Positions 1 through 12,493 of a stretch of 45,564 nt of DNA are shown here, one piece after another; position 1 is the stretch's first letter, and every line of letters starts with the position of its first letter. The stretch spans positions 1 through 45,564 of the forward strand of contig NW_024705426.1 in assembly GCF_018977255.1 (NCBI RefSeq), given 5' to 3'. This DNA is from Callorhinchus milii (taxonomy: Eukaryota). The position numbers and the translations under genes were made by a program. The notes under the pieces are model-generated. The model was not told where the DNA came from. It did no database searches and was given only the letters and a program-made list of their open reading frames with translations.

Positions 1-1831
1 TGGTCGTCATTTCACGGTCCGGACGGACCATGCGGCGCTCCAGTATTCATTACGGGTTGCCCAGCCCTCGGGCCAATTGTCGCGTGGTTGGAAGTCCTCC
101 AGGACTATCAGTTCACGACTACGTACCGTAAAGGGTTGCGACACACGAATGCCGATGCCCTGTCGCGGTTGTTGCCTTGTCACAAATGTGCGTGCTTATC
201 GGGATCGGCGCGCTGTAAACCTCCGGTTACGGAAGGTAGGGAGGCGTTGGTTGCGACCGCGAGCACACCAATTGGGGATGGTCCCGCTACCCCAGGGGGT
301 CAGGACTCGCTGCTCTCACTGTCGTTGATTGAGTGGGGCCGTCTCCAAATGGCGGACAGCTCCCTGCTGGCATTGCGCCGAAGACGGAGGGTTCCGAAGG
401 TAGCCACGACCGAACTGGCTCCTACGAGCTTAAGCAGGGCCTGTTGATGAGATGGGACAGTTTGTCCCGGCGGCATTCGATTGTGGTGCCTTCTGCTGTG
501 AGGGGGAAGGTTGTCTTGGCCGCACACGAACGCCTCTTGCATTTGGGAGTTAACAAAACGCTTGCCCTGCTTCAGCGTGACTATTATTGGCCGGGAATGG
601 GGGGTGACGTGGTGAATATTCTGAAGGGTTGTGTTGAGTGCGCCAGACGGAAACCACCGCCCGTGGCAGCTAATCCACCGCTGCAATCTATTCAGGTCTC
701 GCGCATTAACGAGCTCGTTGCACTCGATATTCTGGGGCCCTTTCCGGTCACGCCTAGGGGTAATAAGTACCTGTTGGTGGGGGTCGAATATTTTACCCGG
801 TGGCCTATGGCGTGGCCACTCGCCAACCAGTCGGCGGCGGCTGTGACGGACGCCTTTGTCCAGGGCTACGTCCTGGACAAGGGGGCTCCCGAACGCTTGC
901 TGACTGACCAAGGGAAAAATTTTTCGAGTAAATTACTGCAGGAGGTGTGCGACCTGTTGGGTACCAAAAAGGTGCGTACCTCCCCGTACCACCCGCAGAC
1001 GGACGGGATGGTGGAGAGGCTTAACAGGACATTGACCTCTATGCTGTGCCAGCAGGTGTGTGAGTCGCATGTTGATTGGGACCTGCAGGTCCCTGGGGTC
1101 CTTGCCGCGTATAGAATGGCCCCCCATGCAGCTACGGGGTTTTCCCCGTTTTTTCTAATGTACGGCGGGAAGCCGACCCGCCCATGGAAACGCAGCTGGG
1201 TCTGCCCGCACCACGAACTAATTCTAAATTGGCAGAGCATATTAAATTTAATATTCATAAACTGACAGAGGCAAGGGAGGCCGCACGGCTTAATTCGCGG
1301 GCTCGCCAAATTGCGAACGAGCGGTTGCGGGCACGGAAGGTGTCCGTGCACAATTGGGAACCAGGTGACAAGGCCTGGCTGCATTGCCCTCAGGCACCTT
1401 TGGCCACGTCGCCTAAATTGTTGAAGCCGTGGCGGGGACCCGTGGAGGTCGTGCGGGTTGCGCGCCCCCAGTGCGTTCAGATAAAATGGGGGAAACGCCG
1501 TTGGTACGTCCACCCCTCCCGACTGAAACCGTTCTCGCCTCCGTATGGCCTCCCCTTGTGTCGTGAGGGCCGAGCATGTGACGTGACCGACGACCCTGAG
1601 GGGGAATTGTCCTTGCCTGCTCCTCACATGTCTCCGCCTGACCCGCTCCCAGGTGTCTCGGAACTGACTGCTGCCGACCACCGGCGGCCGGATCTCCACG
1701 GCGGGGCCGGTCCTTCCAGGCCCGATCCGTGCCGTCTAGAGCTGCCGGAGACACCGGACGGTCGCCAACGTCCCGTTCCATACGACGGACCGGCCAGACG
1801 GACTCGCGCTAGGTCGCGCTACTTTGTGTAA
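1..1831 (+). pseudogene. Gypsy/Ty3 LTR retrotransposon pol 3' part (RNase H C-terminus plus integrase), frameshifted
   Basis: RNase H-end motifs FTVRTDHAAL and RKGLRHTNADALSR; integrase zinc finger HERLLHLG...CVEC; DDE core LDILGP / TDQG / VERLNRTL; SPFFLMYG; C-terminal KLLKPWRGP. The reading frame shifts near ~90, ~380-440 and ~1170. Confidence 0.95.
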
Positions 1832-2079
1832 CTACCACGTGCGGAGTCGAGGCAGCCGGAGCGCCTCGGCACTGCGTGGGTCACGTGACACTTGGCGCGT
1901 TCGTTTTACGGTGTTCGCTTTTATTGTGTTGTTCGTCGGGCTGTATATTGCTTCGTATTTAAGGTTGTGTTATGTTGTTGTTGTTGTGTTACGGGGCACA
2001 CTGGGATGTGGAGTTCTTTATTACTGCGTTGCGTTATGTTGTGTTGTAGGTTAACAGCCGGGCCGGCTGCAAGCTATGT

Positions 2080-2091
2080 GGGAGGGGGTGA
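2080..2091 (+). other. Polypurine tract of the Gypsy element
   Basis: GGGAGGGGGTGA lies immediately before the TGTA start of the LTR. Confidence 0.8.
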
Positions 2092-2842
2092 TGTAGAGGT
2101 GATACGCGCTGGGATTAAGGATCGTATGCACAGTGCGTGATGATTGGCTGTGTAGGTGGTGACGCGCGCTGACGGTGGAGGATCAGGGGTCAGCGCGGGG
2201 TCGTGGGTTACGGGGTACTGATTGGCTGTGGCCGGTGACGCGCTGAGAGGGAGTGACCGGTGGCAGCGCGGTGTGATTGGTGGAGTATGTTAACACGCGC
2301 TGGGGAAACGGATCGTAGAGAGAGTGCGTCGTGATTGGTTCATTAAGGAACGATGCTCACGTCGACGCCGCATCAGCTCCGTCTCTCGTGAGCAGGGGCT
2401 ATAAAAGGGGATGCACACAGGCGTAAGGGCAGTGTGTAACCAGCGAAGAATGAAGACGGGGATGAAGACCTAGAGCCCTGCGGTACCTAGCCCCGCTGTC
2501 CTAAGGGGACCGGGACTCTGTGTAACCCAGAGGCGAGTGTAGTGGTGTAGCCATAGGTCTACACGAGTCGAGTGTATTGTGTAGCCAGAGGCATAGGGCT
2601 TACACGAGTCGAGTGTATTGTGTAGCCAGAGGCATAGGGCTACACGAGTCAAGGTATGGGTGTAGCCAGAGGCCTAGAGCTTACACGAGATTAGTGGAGT
2701 GTGTCGGAGGAAGAAGAAAGACCCACGTTGTATTGTGATACCTAAAGGATTTAATAAAAGTGTGTTACCCGTCAAGAAGTTCCTGCCGTCAATTCCCATA
2801 CTTCACCAGGACCAGTGTTGGGAATCGAACTTGATTTTTACA
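2092..2842 (+). mobile_element. 3' LTR of the Gypsy element (~750 bp)
   Basis: TGTA...TACA termini after the PPT; four GATTGG (reverse CCAAT) boxes at ~2140-2340; TATAAAA at 2400-2406; AATAAA at 2753-2758; internal ~41-bp tandem repeats at ~2520-2690. Confidence 0.85.
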
Positions 2843-2873
2843 TATGAATGTGCGTCAGGTCTCTGCAAGCATG

Positions 2874-2930
2874 GCCTACGACCATATCCCTTGAATGCGC
2901 CCGATCTCGTCTGATCTCGGAAGCTAAGCA
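2874..2930 (+). rRNA. 5S rRNA 5' half (truncated pseudogene)
   Basis: GCCTACGACCATATCCCTTGAATGCGCCCGATCTCGTCTGATCTCGGAAGCTAAGCA matches the vertebrate 5S 5' half and stops inside the A box region. Confidence 0.9.
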
Positions 2931-2970
2931 CAGCAAAATTTTTTTTTTTCAAACTTTCTTGCTGTGGATT

Positions 2971-3018
2971 TCACACTTGACGATGATTGCTTGTGTTGCA
3001 GTCGAAACGTCGTGAGAA
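2971..3018 (+). ncRNA. Minimal type I hammerhead ribozyme motif, core C3 changed to U (probably inactive)
   Basis: cac-TTGACGA-t-gattgc-loop-gcagtc-GAAA-cGTC-gtgaga; stem II is fully paired. Confidence 0.7.
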
Positions 3019-3141
3019 TTTTTATTGTTTCATATTTCTATTATTTTATTATTTCCCTTCTACGTGACTTTACCGAACGAACCAAGAAGATGAATCCCTG
3101 CAGTCACGAAAGCAGCTTTAAATCGAAATGTACAGCTCTGT

Positions 3142-3164
3142 GTCCACTGTTGGATGAAGGCCTC
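3142..3164 (-). mobile_element. Short RTE-LINE-like 3' end remnant
   Basis: The minus strand reads GAGGCCTTCATCCAACAGTGGAC (EAFIQQWT), which resembles RTE ORF termini. Very short. Confidence 0.35.
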
Positions 3165-4192
3165 GCCGGTCATGGGGTTAGTTTGACCATACTTCACCAG
3201 CGCGGTCAGTGCAAACTAGTGACGTGGGGGGTGGTGGGATGTTGCTTGGCTCGTCACCTATTCCGATACAATTCGCCACTGTCCATTTCCATGACCGGGA
3301 GTCAAACTCAGGTCTCAAATTCGCAAGCGCTTGATTTCACCAGGAATCAATTGACACTTAACGTCTCTTTGTGCAAGGGTGACCAGGAGCGATCTAAGCA
3401 TACGGAGCTCAAAACGACAATAGAAATCCAGTTGCTTATCAGTACTACGTACATTACCTAGGATGTTATATTGTAGAGAGTTGGAAACACGGACTGCGCC
3501 TCATCAGCAGGATCATCATCACAGCAGCAGCAACATCCTCATCAACGTCAAGAGCAACAGCATTGGTGTCATCACACCGTCCGTTCCTCTGGGGTTGCTG
3601 AAACGAGCAGGACATTGTCAGCCTGTACCACGTGGTGCATACACATCATCAGCGGCTGTCCCACTGAACCAGGTCCCCGGCGCAGGAATGTGGAATGTCC
3701 ATCTCCGGCACTGGACGATGTGGAGCGCTGCTTGTGGCTGTCAAAGTGCCGCCGTCTGCTGGGCGCTGTTACGACTGCCAGAGAAAGGCGTTTGCGGTCA
3801 AGTTTAGCGAATATAAAATTGGTACATTGTTTAGAACAATTACATGTCATTGTTTCAGTAATAATGGGTTATGATAGTATTTCAGTATAAGCTGGATAAA
3901 AGCACGTTTAGCATGCAAGTCCATCCAAAGTGCACTTGTATCAGGTGCCCTGTGAATATCTCCACCAGTGAAATGTTGTTTATATCAGAACTGTGCTTAC
4001 ATCCAGCTTATTGCATATAAGTGTGCCAGAGCAAGCAATGATTTCGAACGTAGCGAGGGACGAAATGATCAATCAGAAGATTTGAGAATTAAAACCAAGA
4101 CACCAGATGCAAATTACAGTGAAACACAAAATGAATGGACTTGAGCAGGGCACCACCAGAATGTGTCACGTCGGCTTTCGCGACCAATATTA

Positions 4193-4237
4193 TTCACCTG
4201 AAGACGGCTGCTTGCGTTGTGGCCGAAACGTCGTGAG
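4193..4237 (+). ncRNA. Minimal type I hammerhead ribozyme (Penelope-like element type), intact core
   Basis: Stem I ttcac/gtgag; CTGAAGA at 4198-4204; extra C; stem II ggctgc/gtggcc; GAAA at 4225-4228; palindromic ACGT minimal stem III; GUC cleavage triplet at 4230-4232. Confidence 0.85.
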
Positions 4238-4315
4238 AATTGTATCTCATTAACATAATCTATCTGAGTTACAGAGCCGCTCGTTGTGGCAGGGGACTGC
4301 CTGGTACCCCGCGAG

Positions 4316-4434
4316 TGACGTCATGTCACCTGCTGCTGCTGCCGCGTGACGTCATGTCACCTGCTGCTGCCGCGTGACGTCACGAGGTCACGGAAAGGTG
4401 CCGCTCCGCGCGGGAACTGAAATCTGAGGTGAGA
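4316..4434 (+). promoter_or_regulatory. Putative CpG-rich promoter and first exon with three CRE sites
   Basis: TGACGTCA at 4316, 4347 and 4375 within a ~28-31 bp tandem repeat; candidate splice donor GAG|GTGAGA at 4429. Confidence 0.45.
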
Positions 4435-4899
4435 AATTCTCGTCGCGGTTGTTGTGGTTGTGGTTGTTGTTGCGGTTGTTGTTGTTGTGGTGGTGGTTGT
4501 TGTTGTTTACCGAGGTAGAGCCTCGCTGTGTCTCTCGTAGGGATGTCGATTGAGTAGCAGGTTGCAGCTTGTCAACGCGGCGGGGCCTCGCCTCCTGCGC
4601 TCGCCTGGCGGCGTTCGCCTCAATTCTCCCGCCCGTTCAGCAGCAGCAGCCCGCGGGAGTCGTAGTCAGCAGCAGGCGCCGCGTTACTCGCGTGTGACAA
4701 ACTCTCTCTTGTGTTGTAGCAGCGTTACAGCTCTAGTCTTAGTTAGTTTGTTTGGTTAAGTGTCTCTCTCTCTCTGTGTTGCATTGGCATTACAGTTCTA
4801 GTTTTATTTAGTTTGTTTGATTAAGTGTCTCTCTCTCTCTCTCTTGTGTCCTCTACTGCAGTCACCACACCTCCAAATCTGTCATTGACACAAGGCCGT

Positions 4900-5262
4900 A
4901 ATTATAATATGTTATAATAATTATACTATGTTATAATAATATAATGTTATAATAATTATATGTTATAATAATTATACTATGTTATAATAATATAATGTTA
5001 TAATAAATATACTATGTTATAATAATTATAATGTTATAATAATTATACTCTGTTATAATAACAATGTTATAATAAATATACTATGTTATAATAATTAAAT
5101 TATGTTATAATATAATATGTTATAATAATATAATGTTATAATAATTCTATGTTATAATAATTATACAATGTTATAATAATTATACTGTTATAATAATATA
5201 ATATGTTATAATAACATAATGTTATAATAAATATACTATGTTATAATAATTATATGTTATAT
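4900..5262. repeat. AT-rich minisatellite (TGTTATAATAATTATA(CTA), 16-19 bp unit)
   Basis: Direct reading of tandem units. Confidence 0.9.
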
Positions 5263-5450
5263 TGGGGGAGGACACATTCCCCCCCCCATACTCAAATATG
5301 CTCAAGATGTCCCCCCAATTTATTGCTATAAAAATATATATTTTTTTAAATAATTGCGATGCTATGTTTATAAAAACAACAATTTGCTAAACCTTGGCCA
5401 CAAAATCTGGACTTGTCTTCATATAACAATGCATAGATTTCTGTTTATAT

Positions 5451-8400
5451 GTCTATGGGTAGAGACTTTAACATTGAAGTCTATGGGTAGACACTTTAAC
5501 ATTGAAGTCTATGGGTAGACACTTTAACATTGAAGTCTATGGGTAGACACTTTAACATTGAAGTCTATGGGTAGAGACTTTAACATTGAAGTCTATGGGT
5601 AGAGACTTTAACATTGAAGTCTATGGGTAGACACTTTAACTTGGAGGTCTATGGGTAGACACTTTAACATTGAAGTCTATGGGTAGACACTTTAACATTG
5701 AAGTCTATGGGTAGAGACTTTAACATTGAAGTCTATGGGTAGACACTTTAACATTGAAGTCTATGGGTAGACACTTTAACATTGAAGTCTATGGGTAGAC
5801 ACTTTAACATTGAAGTCTATGGGTAGACACTTTAACATTGAAGTCTATGGGTAGACACTTTAACATTGGAGTCTATGGGTAGACACTTTAACATTGAAGT
5901 CTATGGGTAGACACTTTAACATTGAAGTCTATGGGTAGACACTTTAACATTGAAGTCTATGGGTAGACACTTTAACATTGAAGTCTATGGGTAGACACTT
6001 TAACATTGAAGTCTATGGGTAGACACTTTAACATTGAAGTCTATGGGTAGACACTTTAACATTGAAGTCTATGGGTAGACACTTTAACATTGAAGTCTAT
6101 GGGTAGAGACTTTAACATTGAAGTCTATGGGTAGACACTTTAACATTGAAGTCTATGGGTAGACACTTTAACATTGAAGTCTATGGGTAGACACTTTAAC
6201 ATTGAAGTCTATGGGTAGACACTTTAACATTGAAGTCTATGGGTAGACACTTTAACATTGAAGTCTATGGGTAGACACTTTAACATTGAAGTCTATGGGT
6301 AGACACTTTAACATTGAAGTCTATGGGTAGACACTTTAACATTGAAGTCTATGGGTAGACACTTTAACATTGAAGTCTATGGGTAGACACTTTAACATTG
6401 AAGTCTATGGGTAGAGACTTTAACATTGAAGTCTATGGGTAGACACTTTAACATTGAAGTCTATGGGTAGAGACTTTAACATTGAAGTCTATGGGTAGAC
6501 ACTTTAACATTGAAGTCTATGGGTAGACACTTTAACATTGAAGTCTATGGGGAGACACTTCAACATTGAAGTCTATGGGTAAACACTTTAACATTGAAGT
6601 CTATGGGTAGACACTTTAACATTGAAGTCTATGGGTAGACACTTTAACATTGAAGTCTATGGGTAGACACTTTAACATTGAAGTCTATGGGTAGACACTT
6701 TAACATTGAAGTCTATGGGTAGACACTTTAACATTGAAGTCTATGGGTAGACACTTTAACATTGAAGTCTATGGGTAGACACTTTAACATTGAAGTCTAT
6801 GGGTAGACACTTTAACATTGAAGTCTATGGGTAGACACTTTAACATTGAAGTCTATGGGTAGACACTTTAACATTGAAGTCTATGGGTAGACACTTTAAC
6901 ATTGAAGTCTATGGGTAGAGACTTTAACATTGAAGTCTATGGGTAGACACTTTAACATTGAAGTCTATGGGTAGACACTTTAACATTGAAGTCTATGGGT
7001 AGACACTTTAACATTGAAGTCTATGGGTAGACACTTTAACATTGAAGTCTATGGGTAGACACTTTAACATTGAAGTCTATGGGTAGACACTTTAACATTG
7101 AAGTCTATGGGTAGACACTTTAACATTGAAGTCTATGGGTAGACACTTTAACATTGAAGTCTATGGGTAGACACTTTAACATTGAAGTCTATGGGTAGAC
7201 ACTTTAACATTGAAGTCTATGGGTAGACACTTTAACATTGAAGTCTATGGGTAGACACTTTAACATTGAAGTCTATGGGTAGACACTTTAACATTGAAGT
7301 CTATGGGTAGACACTTTAACATTGAAGTCTATGGGGGGATTTTTGTCTATGGGTAGACACTTTAACATTGAAGTCTATGGGTAGACACTTTAACATTGAA
7401 GTCTATGGGTAGACACTTTAACATTGAAGTCTATGGGTAGACACTTTAACATTGAAGTCTATGGGTAGACACTTTAACATTGAAGTCTATGGGTAGACAC
7501 TTTAACATTGAAGTCTATGGGTAGACACTTTAACATTGAAGTCTATGGGTAGACACTTTAACATTGAAGTCTATGGGTAGACACTTTAACATTGAAGTCT
7601 ATGGGTAGACACTTTTAACATTGAAGTCTATGGGTAGACACTTTAACATTGAAGTCTATGGGTAGACACTTTAACATTGAAGTCTATGGGTAGACACTTT
7701 AACATTGAAGTCTATGGGTAGACACTTTAACATTGAAGTCTATGGAGTAGACACTTTAACATTGAAGTCTATGGGTAGACACTTTAACATTGAAGTCTAT
7801 GGGTAGACACTTTAACATTGAAGTCTATGGGTAGACACTTTAACATTGAAGTCTATGGGTAGAGACTTTAACATTGAAGTCTATGGGTAGACACTTTAAC
7901 ATTGAAGTCTATGGGTAGACACTTTAACATTGAAGTCTATGGGTAGACACTTTAACATTGAAGTCTATGGGTAGACACTTTAACATTGAAGTCTATGGGT
8001 AGACACTTTAACATTGAAGTCTATGGGTAGACACTTTAACATTGAAGTCTATGGGTAGACACTTTAACATTGAAGTCTATGGGTAGACACTTTAACATTG
8101 AAGTCTATGGGTAGACACTTTAACATTGAAGTCTATGGGTAGACACTTTAACATTGAAGTCTATGGGTAGACACTTTAACATTGAAGTCTATGGGTAGAC
8201 ACTTTAACATTGAAGTCTATGGGTAGACACTTTAACATTGAAGTCTATGGGTAGACACTTTAACATTGAAGTCTATGGGTAGACACTTTAACATTGAAGT
8301 CTATGGGTAGACACTTTAACATTGAAGTCTATGGGTAGACACTTTAACATTGAAGTCTATGGGTAGACACTTTAACATTGAAGTCTATGGGTAGACACTT

Positions 8401-9303
8401 TAACATTGAAGTCTATGGGTAGACACTTTAACATTGAAGTCTATGGGTAGACACTTTAACATTGAAGTCTATGGGTAGACACTTTAACATTGAAGTCTAT
8501 GGGTAGACACTTTAACATTGAAGTCTATGGGTAGACACTTTAACATTGAAGTCTATGGGTAGACACTTTAACATTGAAGTCTATGGGTAGACACTTTAAC
8601 ATTGAAGTCTATGGGTAGACACTTTAACATTGAAGTCTATGGGTAGACACTTTAACATTGAAGTCTATGGGTAGACACTTTAACATTGAAGTCTATGGGT
8701 AGACACTTTAACATTGAAGTCTATGGGTAGACACTTTAACATTGAAGTCTATGGGTAGACACTTTAACATTGAAGTCTATGGGTAGACACTTTAACATTG
8801 AAGTCTATGGGTAGACACTTTAACATTGAAGTCTATGGGTAGACACTTTAACATTGAAGTCTATGGGTAGACACTTTAACATTGAAGTCTATGGGTAACA
8901 CTTTAACTTTGAAGTCTATGGGTAGACACTTTAACATTGAAGTCTATGGGTAGACACTTTAACATTGAAGTCTATGGGTAGACACTTTAACATTGAAGTC
9001 TATGGGTAGACACTTTAACATTGAAGTCTATGGGTAGACACTTTAACATTGAAGTCTATGGGTAGACACTTTAACATTGAAGTCTATGGGTAGACACTTT
9101 AACATTGAAGTTTATGGGTAGAGACTTTAACATTGAAGTCTATGGGTAGACACTTTAACATTGAAGTCTATTGGTAGACACTTTAACATTGAAGTCTATG
9201 AGGAGACACTTTAACATTGAAGTCTATGGATAGAGACTTTGACATTGGAGTCTATGGGTAGACACTTTAACATTGAACTCTATGGGTAGACACTTTAACA
9301 TTG
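5451..9303. repeat. 28-bp satellite GTCTATGGGTAGACACTTTAACATTGAA, about 137 copies
   Basis: Near-perfect head-to-tail units with no spacers; one interruption at ~7333-7345; more divergent at the ends. Confidence 0.98.
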
Positions 9304-9710
9304 AGTGAGTGTGAGTGAGTGACTGAGTGACTGTCTGAGTGACTGAATGACTGACCGCATGAGTGACTGAATGATTGACTGAGTGAGTTAGTGAGTGACT
9401 GAGAGATTGAGTGACTGAGTGAGTGATTCAGTGAGTGACTGACTGACTGAGTGACTGACTGAGTGAGTTAGTGACTAACTGAGTTAGTGAGTTAGTGAGT
9501 GACTGAGTGAGCGACTGACTGAGTGACTGAGTGAGTGACTGGCTGACTGAGTGAGTGAGTGAGTGACTGAGTGAGTGACTGAGTGAGTGACTGACTGAGT
9601 GACTGAGTGAGTGACTGAGTGACTGACTGAGTGACTGAGTGAGTGACTGAATGAGTGAGTGAGTGACTGACTGAGTGAGTGACTGAGTGAGTGAGTCAGT
9701 GAGTGACTGA
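9304..9710. repeat. (GAGT/GACT)n tetranucleotide microsatellite
   Basis: Direct reading. Confidence 0.95.
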
Positions 9711-9728
9711 GTGTTGGTGTCTCCCCAG

Positions 9729-9837
9729 AGGAGCTCCGCAGGAACGGATCTCCGTGTGAGGAGGTCGTGCGGACGTTCATCACCAACTCGCTCGAGTTCA
9801 TCAGCGTGGACGTCTCTCGCCAACTGCAGGACTACCG
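9729..9837 (+). CDS. Exon A of an unidentified host gene (EELRRNGSPCEEVVRTFITNSLEFISVDVSRQLQDYR)
   Basis: Unique GC3-rich island between microsatellites; acceptor tctccccag. The 3' end reads CG|ctaggg: either a damaged GT donor or a TAG stop at 9839-9841. Confidence 0.65.
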
Positions 9838-9919
9838 CTAGGGAGGGTGAGAGGGGGGGTGAGCTCACCCACTCACCCACTCACTCACCCACACACTCAC
9901 CCACACACTCACTGAGTGA

Positions 9920-10580
9920 GTGTGTAAGTGTGTGAGTGAGTGTATGAGTGAGTGAGTGGGTGAGTGAGTAGGTGGGTGAGCGAGCGGGTGGGTAAGTGAG
10001 TGGGTGAGTGAGAGAGCGGGTGAGCGATCGGGTGGGTGAGTGAGTGAGGTGGTGAGTGGGTGAGTGAGAGAGCGGGTGAGCGAGCGGGTGGGTGAGTGGG
10101 TGAGTGAGCGAGCGGGTGAGTGGGTGAGTGAGCGAGCGGGTGAGTGAGTGAGTGATTGGGTCAGCGAGTGAGTGAGTGGGTCAGCGAGTGTGTGAGTGGA
10201 TGAGTGTGTGAGCGAGTGAGTGGGTGAGCGAGTGAGTGGGTGAGTGGGTGAGCGAGTGAGTGGGTGAGTGGGTAAGCGAGTGAGTGGGTGAGTGTGTGAG
10301 TGGGTGAGTGGATGAGTGTGTGAGCGAGCGGGTGAGTGGGTGAGTGTGCGAGGGTGAGTGGATGAGTGTGTGAGCGAGCGGGTGAGTGAGTGAGTGTGTG
10401 AGTGAGTGAGTGAGCGGGTGAGCGGGTGAGCGGGTGAGCGAGTGAGTGAGTGGGTGAGTGGGTGAGTGGGTGAGCGGGTGAGCGAGTGGCGAGTGGGTGA
10501 GTGGGTGAGCGAGTGGTGAGCGGGTGAGCGAGTGAGCGGGTGAGCGAGTGAGGCGGGTGAGCGAGTGAGCGAGTGAGTGT
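9920..10580. repeat. (GAGT/GGGT/GAGC)n microsatellite
   Basis: Direct reading. Confidence 0.95.
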
Positions 10581-10596
10581 GTGTGCGTCTGCCCAG

Positions 10597-11831
10597 GTTC
10601 CTGCGTGACTTCCACCACCACTAACACCACCACCACAACCACTACCACCACAACCACCACAACCACTACCACAACCATCACCACAACCACCACCACTAAC
10701 ACCACCACAACCACCACAACCACCACTACCACAACCACCACCACAACCACCACCACCACTAACACCACAACCACCACCACAGCTACTATCACAACCACCA
10801 CTACAACCACCACCACAACCACCACCACTAACACTACCACCACAACCACCACTACCACCACACCACAACCACCACCACAACCACCACTACCACACAACCA
10901 CCACCACAACCACCACTACCACCACAACCACAACCACTACCACAATCACCACCACAATCACCACCACCACAACCACTACCACCACTACCACACAACCACC
11001 AACCACCACCACCACCACCACCACAACCACCACCACGACAACCACGACAACCACTACAACCACCACAACCACAACTACTAATACAACCACCACCACAACA
11101 ACCACTTCCACCACCACAACCACCACCACAACCACCAGAACCACCACCACAACCACCACAACCAACATCACCACTACAACCACCACAACCACCACAACCA
11201 CCACCACCACTACCACAACCACCACAACTACCACAACCACCACAACCACCACCACAACCACCACCACAACCACTACCACAACCACTACCACAACCAGTAC
11301 CACAACCACTACCACAACCACCACCACAACCACCACTACCACCACAACCACCACTAATACCACCACAACCACTACCACCACTACCACCACAACAACCACC
11401 ACCACAACAACTACTACAACAACCACTACAACCACAACAACAACAACCACAACCACCACGACAACCACCACCACAACAACCACTACAACAACTACTACCA
11501 CAACCACAATAACAACAACAACCACAACAACCACCACAACCACCACTAACACTACCACAACCACAACAACCACCACAACCACCACTAACACTACCACAAC
11601 CACCACTACCACCACAGCACCACTACCACCACAACACCACTACATACAACACCACTACCACTACAGCCCCACTACCACCACTACCACCACAACCACCATA
11701 ACCACCACTAACACCACTACCACCACAACCACCACAACCATAACCAACACACTCACCACAACCACAACAACAACCACCACCGGCTGGGTTACTCCACACG
11801 GCCAGAGAAGATCCTCTCAATCGCATGGAGG
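10597..11831 (+). pseudogene. Exon B copy 1 (FLRDFHH...HHRLGYSTRPEKILSIAWR), split by a ~1.17 kb (CAC/AAC/TAC)n expansion
   Basis: Acceptor gtctgcccag at 10596; donor AGG|gtgggt at 11832; in-frame TAA inside the repeat. Confidence 0.6.
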
Positions 11832-12493
11832 GTGGGTGGTGGTGGTTGTGGTGGTGGTTGTGGTGGCGGATGTGGTCAAAGTGGTGGTGGTTGTAGTGGG
11901 GGTTGTGGTGGTTGTGGCGGTGGTGATGATTGTGGTGGTGGTGGTTGATTTGGTTATGGTGGTGGTTGTGGTTGTGATGATGGTGGTTGGGGGTGGTAGT
12001 TGTGGTCTTAGTGTTGGTGGTTGTGGTGAAGGAGTGGCGAGTGGGTGGGTGAGTGGGTGAGTGAGCGAGATGGTGAGTAAGTGAGTGGGTAATTGAGTGG
12101 GTGGGTGGGTGAGTGAGCGAGCGGGTGAGCGAGCGGGTGGGTAGTGAGTGGGTGAGTGAGTGGGTGATTGAGTGGTGAGTGAGTGGGTGATTGGAGTGGG
12201 TGGAGTGAGTGGGTGAGTGAGTGGGGTCAGCGAGTGAGTGAGTGGGTTAGTGAGGGAGTGGGTGAGTGGATGAGTGTGTGAGCGAGCGGGTGAGTGGGTG
12301 AGCGAGTGAGTGGGTGAGTGTGTGAGTGGATGAGTGTGTGAGCGAGCGGGTGAGTGTGTGAGTGAGTGTGTGTGTGAGTGGGTGAGTGAGTGGGCGGGTG
12401 AGTGACTGCGTGAGTTAGCGAGCGAGCGAGTGGGTGAGCGAGTGAGTGGGTGAGCGGGTGAGCGAGTGAGCGAGTGTGTGTGCGTCTGCCCAG

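Noticed and set aside
4080..4120. Possible Penelope GIY-YIG C-terminus (LRIKTKTPDAN) upstream of the hammerhead
   Set aside because: Too short and degenerate to support without an alignment.
5451..9303. 28-bp hairpin-containing repeat as a CRISPR array
   Set aside because: Units are contiguous with no unique spacers; there are no cas genes; the context is eukaryotic.
9839..9841. TAG read-through or recoding in exon A
   Set aside because: A single G-to-C change at a splice donor, or a base error, explains it more simply and restores phase with exon B.
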